In this document: positions 27,746 to 35,727 of the stretch, piece after piece | How the letters are laid out: each line of letters opens with the position of its first letter | How positions within the stretch are numbered: position 1 is the first letter of the stretch | Assembly: GCA_965204375.1 (NCBI GenBank) | Contig: OZ241986.1 | Span: 1,856,001 to 1,920,000 of the forward strand | Length of the DNA stretch: 64,000 bases | Source: Candidatus Latescibacterota bacterium | GTDB taxonomy: Bacteria > Latescibacterota > UBA2968 | Reading direction: 5' to 3' | The notes under the pieces: model-generated | The model's database searches: none | What the model saw: only the letters and a program-made list of their open reading frames with translations | Told to the model about the DNA's origin: nothing | Position numbers and translations under genes: made by a program

Positions 27746-30700
27746 ATGATCGACACACTGGTCAATATCCTGGATCCTATTGCCATATTTCTCCTTGATG
27801 CAACAGTAAAGACCACCCTCTTTATGGGTCTTGTTCTATTCGTAGTGTGGCTCCTGAGCACGCGACAGGCTGCCAGACGCAGTTTGCTGTTGAGCTGGTG
27901 TCTCGTCGGCGTGCTGGTGATTCCCATCGCGTCTTTGTGTATGCCTTCATTGCGATTTCAATTTGATTCACCACCGCCACCTTCGGAACCGGCTATTCCG
28001 TCTTCCCAACCTGTCGTTGTCCCTGAGACACCTCTGGCAAAACCCACACCTGAATTACAGCAACAAAGAGTATCTGCCAGAACTCTGTCCCAGGACATTG
28101 AACTGCCTCAAGACTTCGTAGTCCCCTCCCTCGCACAGATTGTTTTCGAAAAAAATGCCGAGACAAAATCGGTTAATTGGACGACCTATATACTGAATAA
28201 AATCACTTCAACACATGCTTTGTATGGTATGATGGCGGTCTATGCTATTGGTGTGCTGGTTTTACTGATTCGGGTAATCTATTGTCTTATAATGGTTTGG
28301 AAATTTCGCCGATCCCTATTGCCCTGTGAGGATGAACAGCTTCGGAATGATTTACAGGTCTTAAAGAATCAATTGGGTATTCGGCGATCTGTTGCACTAT
28401 CTGTCAGTGACCAAATCGGCAGTCCAACTCAGATCGGAATCCTGAAACCCGTAGTCGTATTGCCCGCGCCTATGGTCAAATCAAGCGACCAGTTAAAAAC
28501 GATTCTGATTCACGAACTCATTCACGTCAAGCGATGGGATTGCCTGTATCGTCTGCTGGCAATGATCGGTATGGCATTTTACTGGTTCAATCCCCTATTC
28601 CATCGCGTCAAGCATCTGCTTTTTGAAGTACAAGAACAAGCCTGCGATGATTGGACAGTGACGACAACCGGCAATTCTGAAAGCTATGCGGATACGCTTC
28701 TCAATGTGGCGACCCTACTGCAACCTCGTCCTGCGATGACTCTGGGCATGGACATGGCGAGAATGACTCAGATCATGGATCGAGTCAATCGCATTATCAC
28801 TCTGGGGGACCATGTGACCCCGCGCGTTGATCGCGTGTCGGCACTCGTAACAGCAGTGGCATTTATCGGTGGATCAATGGCTATTGGCTGCCTGAGCACT
28901 GGAAAGGTAGATGATAATAATAAAAAAATTGTATTTGAGGGCGGTGTCGCTGTAACCGATACCAGCAAAGTGTCACACTATACGCTTCCACTAAAAATGC
29001 GCGATGGGCGCAGGTGGTGGCACGGTAGTGATGGGCTTTATTTGCAAGATGGGGATGCGTGGCAAAAGTTCACATTGCCAGAGGGTGGTTCATTAGTGAG
29101 CATCAGTGCCTTTCTGCAAGCGCACAATGGCTCTCTGTGGTTTGCCGGGGTATATAAAGGCCGTCCAGTTATCGCAAACTTCAATGGAAAGACCTGGCGG
29201 ATATGGGATAATAAAATGGGTTTGGGAGAACACGGTGTCGGATCAAAATTTGCTGAAGATACAGATGGCGAGGTGCATGCGGGAACCCTGACAGATGAAG
29301 ATGGCCGCTATCGCGTCGAAGTCACCCCTGGCGTATATCGCGTGCGGATCGCGTCCAAGAATGCTGCTGAACCCGTGACTGTTGATACAAAAGCCAAGGA
29401 TAAAGTTGAAGATGTTGATCTCCTCTTGCTCAACCCGCGTCGCATATCAGGTCGCGTAGTCGATACATCCGATAATCCGATTGCCAATGCCGTAGTAGTG
29501 ATTTCTGATGACACTTCAAGAGATAGACGATTATCTCCCCAGATAGTGACCACAGATGCCAATGGAAAATTTGCAGGCTGGCAGGTCTCGGGACCGAAGG
29601 CTACTTTTGAAGTCGCTGTAAAAGGATATGCACAAACCGCGCTAACAGTTGAAAATGCAGTCGAAAACCAGATAGAGATTGTCTTAAAAAAGGGAATATC
29701 CCTGCGCGGTCGCGTTGTCGATGAGTCCGATCAACCCGTTGCAAGGGCGCGTGTTGCCTTTGGTCGCCCCCCGATGCCTCGTGCTAAATATACAGCACCA
29801 CCTCCCCTCCCCTTTCACCACAATACCTATACCGATACGTCGGGTTTATTTACTCTCCAGAATATAGATGTGGACAAAGGTCATATCTGGGTATCCCATC
29901 CCGATATCGGAATTATGAATCAGAAAATTGTATCTGCCGATAATACAATAAAGCTCAAAATTGACGCTGAAAGTCAAGCAGTGATGGATATAGATATCCC
30001 AGTAAAGCGTTTCCGTGTGTATTCTATTTCAGGCGTGGTATCCCTAAAAGAAAACTCTGTAGAAGGGTTGGAAATCAGAGCTTTTCCAACTAAAAGATCA
30101 AATGTCCCTGCTTATCCCAAAATAGACCAGACAGATGCTAATGGTGTATATCGTTTAGACGATCTCGAGCCGGGGGAACATCGCATTATCATGAGTTTAA
30201 TCAAAGAAAAGGAAATAGACGGACGCACAAAGACAATACATTACCCCGTTCAATCTCAGACACTAATAATCGAAGACCGCGATGTGACGCTAAACTTTGC
30301 CCCCCTGAGCGATGTGTATTCTGTTTCAGGCGTGGTATCCCTAAATGAAGGGTCTGTAGAAGGGGTGAAAATCATGGCCTTCTCAGCTAAAAGATCAAGA
30401 GGTCGTATTTTTCCGAAAACAGACTATACAGATGCCAATGGGGCATATCGTTTGGACTATCTGGAGCCAGGGGAATATCGCATTTTGGTGAGCGCACCTG
30501 AACCCGAAGAAGTGGAAAAAGAGGGTCACACGAAGACAATACATCACTCTGGTCAATCACGGACACTGGTAATTGAAGATCGCGATGTGACGCTGAATTT
30601 TGAACCTCTGAGCGATGCGCGAATAACCGGTGTAGCTATTTACAACGGACAGCCTGTTTCAGATGTTTACGTAGGTGCCAATGTTTTAACAGATGATCTC

Positions 30701-31381
30701 AGGAACTACGCCTCACTCAGGAGTACAAAAACAAATAAAAAAGGACAGTTTGAGGTCCGCGATCTACCTTCTACACGGATTGCCCTTTCTTTCTCTAAAT
30801 GGGACCGCCCCTTTGACAGTATGCTCTGGAGCAAGGTCGATACGGTTGATCTTACAAAAAAGAAAAAATTAAATTATATGGAAAATTTGGCTATGCTACC
30901 AGAACGGGATATGCAAAAACACCAGAGCACACACGGACTCGGGACGTTGCGCGTGTGGGATATGGCACCCGATTTTGAGGCCAAACGGCTGGATGGATCA
31001 ACCTTCCGTCTCTCAGATTATCGGGGCAAAAAAGCTGTATTGATTGATTTTTGGGCAACGTGGTGTGGTCCGTGTATCAAGGAGATTCCGATGCTCAAAA
31101 GCATTGCTGAAACTTATCGAGATCAGGGTCTGGAAGTCGTGGGCGTGAGTTTGGATCGAGATGAGAAGGCACTGCGAGATTTTGTAAAAAAAGAAAAATT
31201 GAACTATGTGCAGGTATATGGTCGAGAAAAAGCACAGGAGATATCAAAGTCCTACGGGGTATGGGGGATTCCAGCGGTATTTCTGGTAGATAAAAACGGC
31301 GTCATCAATGCGATGAATTTGCGTGGAGAACGCACCGAAGAGGCCGTAAAGGCGTTATTAGCCACTGGTGCTACAGACTGA
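27746..31381 (+). CDS. Second BlaR1/M56-carboxypeptidase-regulatory-TlpA (WCGPC) fusion protein; propeller largely missing, one domain duplicated
   Basis: Paralog of 23663-27703; HELIH; DFWATWCGPC; AAGGAG before ATG 27746. Confidence 0.88.
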   Translation: MIDTLVNILDPIAIFLLDATVKTTLFMGLVLFVVWLLSTRQAARRSLLLSWCLVGVLVIPIASLCMPSLRFQFDSPPPPSEPAIPSSQPVVVPETPLAKPTPELQQQRVSARTLSQDIELPQDFVVPSLAQIVFEKNAETKSVNWTTYILNKITSTHALYGMMAVYAIGVLVLLIRVIYCLIMVWKFRRSLLPCEDEQLRNDLQVLKNQLGIRRSVALSVSDQIGSPTQIGILKPVVVLPAPMVKSSDQLKTILIHELIHVKRWDCLYRLLAMIGMAFYWFNPLFHRVKHLLFEVQEQACDDWTVTTTGNSESYADTLLNVATLLQPRPAMTLGMDMARMTQIMDRVNRIITLGDHVTPRVDRVSALVTAVAFIGGSMAIGCLSTGKVDDNNKKIVFEGGVAVTDTSKVSHYTLPLKMRDGRRWWHGSDGLYLQDGDAWQKFTLPEGGSLVSISAFLQAHNGSLWFAGVYKGRPVIANFNGKTWRIWDNKMGLGEHGVGSKFAEDTDGEVHAGTLTDEDGRYRVEVTPGVYRVRIASKNAAEPVTVDTKAKDKVEDVDLLLLNPRRISGRVVDTSDNPIANAVVVISDDTSRDRRLSPQIVTTDANGKFAGWQVSGPKATFEVAVKGYAQTALTVENAVENQIEIVLKKGISLRGRVVDESDQPVARARVAFGRPPMPRAKYTAPPPLPFHHNTYTDTSGLFTLQNIDVDKGHIWVSHPDIGIMNQKIVSADNTIKLKIDAESQAVMDIDIPVKRFRVYSISGVVSLKENSVEGLEIRAFPTKRSNVPAYPKIDQTDANGVYRLDDLEPGEHRIIMSLIKEKEIDGRTKTIHYPVQSQTLIIEDRDVTLNFAPLSDVYSVSGVVSLNEGSVEGVKIMAFSAKRSRGRIFPKTDYTDANGAYRLDYLEPGEYRILVSAPEPEEVEKEGHTKTIHHSGQSRTLVIEDRDVTLNFEPLSDARITGVAIYNGQPVSDVYVGANVLTDDLRNYASLRSTKTNKKGQFEVRDLPSTRIALSFSKWDRPFDSMLWSKVDTVDLTKKKKLNYMENLAMLPERDMQKHQSTHGLGTLRVWDMAPDFEAKRLDGSTFRLSDYRGKKAVLIDFWATWCGPCIKEIPMLKSIAETYRDQGLEVVGVSLDRDEKALRDFVKKEKLNYVQVYGREKAQEISKSYGVWGIPAVFLVDKNGVINAMNLRGERTEEAVKALLATGATD
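30017..30616 (+). repeat. Intragenic tandem duplication of a ~100-codon domain
   Basis: Units 30017-30313 and 30314-30616 both begin VYS(I/V)SGVVSL and end IEDRDVTLNF(A/E)PLSD. Confidence 0.85.
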
Positions 31382-31384
31382 CGA

Positions 31385-31419
31385 AGACTTTTTATGGCGT
31401 TGATGATCATTTGAAAGGG
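31385..31419 (+). repeat. Intergenic direct repeat, copy 2
   Basis: AGACTTTTTATGGCGTTGATGATCATTTGAAAGGG. Confidence 0.8.
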
Positions 31420-31424
31420 TAAGA

Positions 31425-33821
31425 ATGCGATTCACAATTTGCATAGGATTAATTGCATTGGCCTGCCTATTTGGTTCTGGCTCGTCCAGAGGAGAAACAG
31501 CAATAGACTCGCTATTTCATGCGGCAGAGCAGCAAGTCGGTCTGGTAAGTTGGGAGAAAAGCATCCAAGCTTTCGAGGAGATTATTTCCGAAGATAGAGA
31601 TTACGCACCTGCATATAATGAATTGGCCAAACTGCATCTGCTGGACCACAGCGTAAATGGCCGACAGCGCGCAATGCGGAGGATACAGCAGGCAATCGCA
31701 AGTGACCCCGACAATATTGAATATCGGCTGACACGCGGAAAGATTTTGTGGCATCAAGGCTTTCGGTCACGGGCATTGAACCAATTCAAGAACGTGATCG
31801 AAAAGCATCCCAACAACACGGATGTCCTCAATGGTCTGGGTATGTTCTGGGTGTATGATTTCTTGGCACAGAAAGACAGAAGAACTATACATTATTCAAG
31901 AATCACAGGAGCGAGAAAAACCTTAGATTTCAAGATCTTTGCCCAGGAAGCCAAACAAGAAGCAATTCAAGTCCTGCGAAAAAGCATCCAATTGGATGGG
32001 ACCAACCAGCAACCCTATTATTTATTGGGAATACTCTACTTTGAAGATAAATACTGGGATGCCTTCCATGCCCTGATGCAAGCCCTGCGCGCGCAATATC
32101 CAGATGACAAAAACACACTCTTGTTCTGTGGGCTTGCTGCCTATCAGATTGGCGAATTCAATGACTCACATGACTATTATCAACGTGCCCTTGACTTGAT
32201 GAGTGTTGAAGAGCGCGAGTTGCTGGACTCTATCGACCTGCTTGTGACCGAAGAAGACCAGGCATCCCGAGATACAACGCAGACGATTGATGCGCTCTTG
32301 GAACGCGAGATGTTTTGGAAGCGCCAGGATCCGCTCTATTTGTCTGATTTTAATGAAAGAAAGATGGCGCACTTTGGTCGTATGGCGTATGCGAATTTGC
32401 GATTCAGGCGGTTTTCCGATGATGTTGAGGGCTGGCAGACAGACATGGGAAAGACCTATATCAAATTTGGAAGATATAGACGGCGCATGTCAACCTATAA
32501 AGCGACATGGGATTCTAAAGAGGTCTTGAATGCTGCAATGATGGAGTTCTGGTATTACGAAAACTTTCGGTTCATATTTTGTGGTACTACGGATGATATC
32601 TGGCATTTTTGCGGCGGTGCTGTGGTCGGACGCCCAAGTTGGATTCCTGCAGTAGAAACCAGTGCCTTTGATATCAGATCCGACGGGAGTTTTCCACAAA
32701 GATCACCGTCTTCTTATGTACCACCTGCATTGGAAGAGGCCTCGCATCATACCTTCCGAAAAACAGCCCAACGCTTTGTCGATCCATATTTAGAGCGAAA
32801 ATATACCTTGCCCTATCAGATCGCCGCCTTTGAAGAACAAAACAGGCTGCGGGTCGAACTCAGCTATATGGTTCCAAAAGACCGATTAAAAGAAAATCCC
32901 GAGACGGGCGAAGTGAGTTTTTGGAATGGCGTCTTCTTCTTTGATCAGCAGTGGAATGATATGTATAACGACCGCAAATCCAAAACCCTCACTTTGCCGC
33001 CTCAAAAGTCAGCACAAAACACTGCTGCACAACATCGGAATGATCATCTGTTGATCTCCCGCACAGTATCTGTACGCCAGGACAGCTATCACTTTTCAGT
33101 AGAATTATTGGATCAAACATCGGGTCTCATTGGTGTGGCACGCGATGAGAAACCCTTCGTCTATAACCAGGACTTTCGCCTGAGTGATCTGCTGGTCGGC
33201 AGCGATATTCAAGCGAAAAAAGCATTGCCAGAAAACCGTGACGACCTGCTCATCACACCCAACCCTGTCCGAACATTTTCACAGTCTGAACCGGTCTTTA
33301 TCTATCTGGAACTGTATGGTCTCCAACGCGACGATTTTGGCAGCACACAGTATGAGATATCCTACATTATCGGTAAACCAAAGGCGGATACGCTATCGCC
33401 CACATTGTTTGCATCTCAAAGTCTGATTGAGACAATGGGCAAAACAGAGATTGAGCTGCGGAGTGAACAAACAGATTATACAGTCACTCAAGGGTTGCAG
33501 ACCGGGCGATCAGAGAATAGCGAGGGAGGCATTAGCGCATTTGCCGATAGCCTTATGTGGGGTGAGACAAGGGTTTATACGAGCCGTGGACAGGTCCATC
33601 ACATCGCCGCTGAGGGCTTGAAGATCAAACGATCACGACAAGGCGATTTGACGCGAACAGTGACAGCGAATTACGAAGGCAACTGGGAAGATGATTTCAC
33701 GTATTTGCAGATTGATGTGAACCAGGTGCCTGAAGGGATTTACCAATTGACGGTGCTGGCGAGGGATAATCGGACGGAGCAGACGGATAGGAAATATGTT
33801 TATTTTCGCATTGTTGAGTAA
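31425..33821 (+). CDS. Secreted TPR and GWxTD domain protein
   Basis: Signal peptide; N-terminal TPR-like helices; FWKRQDP...NER...RMAYAN...EGWQTDMGKTYIKFG. Confidence 0.82.
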   Translation: MRFTICIGLIALACLFGSGSSRGETAIDSLFHAAEQQVGLVSWEKSIQAFEEIISEDRDYAPAYNELAKLHLLDHSVNGRQRAMRRIQQAIASDPDNIEYRLTRGKILWHQGFRSRALNQFKNVIEKHPNNTDVLNGLGMFWVYDFLAQKDRRTIHYSRITGARKTLDFKIFAQEAKQEAIQVLRKSIQLDGTNQQPYYLLGILYFEDKYWDAFHALMQALRAQYPDDKNTLLFCGLAAYQIGEFNDSHDYYQRALDLMSVEERELLDSIDLLVTEEDQASRDTTQTIDALLEREMFWKRQDPLYLSDFNERKMAHFGRMAYANLRFRRFSDDVEGWQTDMGKTYIKFGRYRRRMSTYKATWDSKEVLNAAMMEFWYYENFRFIFCGTTDDIWHFCGGAVVGRPSWIPAVETSAFDIRSDGSFPQRSPSSYVPPALEEASHHTFRKTAQRFVDPYLERKYTLPYQIAAFEEQNRLRVELSYMVPKDRLKENPETGEVSFWNGVFFFDQQWNDMYNDRKSKTLTLPPQKSAQNTAAQHRNDHLLISRTVSVRQDSYHFSVELLDQTSGLIGVARDEKPFVYNQDFRLSDLLVGSDIQAKKALPENRDDLLITPNPVRTFSQSEPVFIYLELYGLQRDDFGSTQYEISYIIGKPKADTLSPTLFASQSLIETMGKTEIELRSEQTDYTVTQGLQTGRSENSEGGISAFADSLMWGETRVYTSRGQVHHIAAEGLKIKRSRQGDLTRTVTANYEGNWEDDFTYLQIDVNQVPEGIYQLTVLARDNRTEQTDRKYVYFRIVE

Positions 33822-33855
33822 ATATTGGATCGTACCCGGTATTCCTCCTGGTCAA

Positions 33856-34239
33856 TCAATATCCCGCTCTAAGAAACTCTAAACTTTGAATATGCTGAAA
33901 ATGCCTTTCATTTTTACTAACAAGCGTCAGATCATGCTCAATGGCAGTAGCAGCGATTAGTGCATCCATAATCGTCAATCCATGAGACAAAGTATAGTCT
34001 ATTAAGAGATTGTATCCCTTGATACCAGTGCTTCCGTGTAGCTCCCTGATTGTGTAGTGAGCAATAAAGTCTTCAATCGCAAGCTGATCTCGTTTATCTC
34101 TTGCTCCAACGATAAGTTCTGTCGCAGAAATTCGACTGATAGAAATTGTCCCTGTGAGACCGGCGAGAAAATTAACGGCATTGGTACTCCCTTTGGAAAC
34201 ATCGATCAAGACATCGGTATCAATCAGAAAGTCACTCAT
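33856..34239 (-). CDS. vapC: VapC/PIN-domain toxin
   Basis: LIDTDVLID, SATEL, MDALIAATA and SKNERHF PIN motifs; overlaps the antitoxin stop. Confidence 0.9.
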   Translation of the reverse strand: MSDFLIDTDVLIDVSKGSTNAVNFLAGLTGTISISRISATELIVGARDKRDQLAIEDFIAHYTIRELHGSTGIKGYNLLIDYTLSHGLTIMDALIAATAIEHDLTLVSKNERHFQHIQSLEFLRAGY

Positions 34240-34460
34240 TTCTCATACCTGTGCTGATCGCGAAGGTTACGAACATAAGAGATACCATCAGAAATGTCTT
34301 CTCGATCTTTCCAGAGACCAAAAAATGAAGATGATTTCATCGCTTCCACTTTGTCCGCTTCTTGAATATGAACCTCTCCTGTGACCCCTTCATCAATTTC
34401 CCGCAGTGTTTCAAGCGGTATGAAGACGCCATTTTCATATTTTACAGGAATTGATCGCAT
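34236..34460 (-). CDS. Antitoxin, DUF104/AF2212-like
   Basis: MRSIPVKYENGVFIPLE N-terminus; FFGLWKDREDI...YVRNLR C-terminus; 74 aa directly upstream of the PIN gene. Confidence 0.78.
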   Translation of the reverse strand: MRSIPVKYENGVFIPLETLREIDEGVTGEVHIQEADKVEAMKSSSFFGLWKDREDISDGISYVRNLRDQHRYEK

Positions 34461-34516
34461 AATAACACTCCTTTTTTGACTCCCACGGCTATCTAATTTA
34501 CGCCATCCTTGTGATA

Positions 34517-34545
34517 AATTTACTCAGCTTTGAGAAATAGGTCAA
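34517..34545 (-). promoter_or_regulatory. Promoter of the toxin-antitoxin operon
   Basis: Minus strand TTGACC-17 nt-TAAATT; palindrome TAAATTTA overlaps the -10. Confidence 0.55.
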
Positions 34546-34555
34546 GGGATCGCCT

Positions 34556-35722
34556 TCACTCCACCAACTCTGCGCCATTGACCGCTGAACAAACGTAAAT
34601 TTCAGGCGTCAAACCAGTCGTTTTGGGATACCGCTCATTTATCGCATCTGTCAGTGCTGACACAGCGTCTCGTTCAACGACATTCACAGTACATCCTCCA
34701 AAACCCGCGCCAGTCATCCGCGCACCGATTACCCCGGGCACATTTAGAGCAATTTCTACCAGCAGATCGAGTTCTTCCCCACTCACCTCGTAATCATCTC
34801 GCAAACTCTCGTGGGATGCGACCATCAACTGTCCAAAACCCGACAAATCCCCGTTCTTGAGCAATGTGACCGCTCGCTGCGTGCGTTCATTTTCCGTTAT
34901 CACATGGCGGCACCGCTTCAGAACAGTCTCCGATAGCGCATCACCGTAAACATCCAGCATCTCCATCGACACATCGCGCAGTGCCCTTAAATCTGCCCGC
35001 ATCGCCCGTGCGAGAAGCGAAACCCCACTTTCACACGCAGATCGCCGATCATTATATGCCGAATCCGTCAACCCGCGCGTCACGCCCGAGTTGCAAATCA
35101 CAATCTGCACATCATCGCCAAAAAGCGGGACAAGCTCAAACGAAAGATCGCGGCAATCGAGAAACAGCGCGTGACCTGCCCGGCCATTTGCCGAGATAAA
35201 CTGATCCATGATCCCGCAATTAACACCCACAAAATGATTCTCTGCACGCTGTCCCAAAAGAGCCAGATCAGGCCCGCTTATTTCAACGCTGTTTAACACA
35301 ACGATCCCCTTACCCACCGCCATCTCCACAGCAGCCGAACTGCTCAATCCGGCCCCCATAGGCACATTGCCCACAATCGCCGCATCAAAACCACACAGCG
35401 AATACCCGAGCTTTTGAAACTCGCGCACCACCCCCTTTGGATAATCCGCCCAATTGCCCTGTGCCTCCAGCACATCATCGACCCGGAACTCAGCCACCTC
35501 TTCATGCATCGCCGAGTAAATCCGCACTCGCGAATCTGCTCTCGATCGTGCCGCAACAACCACCCAGCGGTCAATCGCTGAGGGAAACACAAAGCCCGCA
35601 TTGTAATCCGTGTGTTCCCCAATCAAATTCACGCGCCCAGGCGCCTGCACGACGACATCCGCTTGATCCTCAAAAACCGATTCAAAAGCGTCTCGTGCCT
35701 GTGTGATAATAGGATGCAACAT
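34556..35722 (-). CDS. galK: Galactokinase
   Basis: GRVNLIGEHTDYN, PMGAGLSSSAA, CGIMDQ and GARMTGAGFGGC motifs. Confidence 0.97.
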   Translation of the reverse strand: MLHPIITQARDAFESVFEDQADVVVQAPGRVNLIGEHTDYNAGFVFPSAIDRWVVVAARSRADSRVRIYSAMHEEVAEFRVDDVLEAQGNWADYPKGVVREFQKLGYSLCGFDAAIVGNVPMGAGLSSSAAVEMAVGKGIVVLNSVEISGPDLALLGQRAENHFVGVNCGIMDQFISANGRAGHALFLDCRDLSFELVPLFGDDVQIVICNSGVTRGLTDSAYNDRRSACESGVSLLARAMRADLRALRDVSMEMLDVYGDALSETVLKRCRHVITENERTQRAVTLLKNGDLSGFGQLMVASHESLRDDYEVSGEELDLLVEIALNVPGVIGARMTGAGFGGCTVNVVERDAVSALTDAINERYPKTTGLTPEIYVCSAVNGAELVE

Positions 35723-35727
35723 TGAAA

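Noticed and set aside
23283-31381. Beta-lactam resistance locus
   Set aside because: No penicillin-binding sensor domain in the M56 proteins and no beta-lactamase nearby.
20742-34545. Prophage, casposon or integrative element (PolB plus toxin-antitoxin)
   Set aside because: No integrase, Cas1, transposase, capsid genes, terminal repeats or tRNA target seen.
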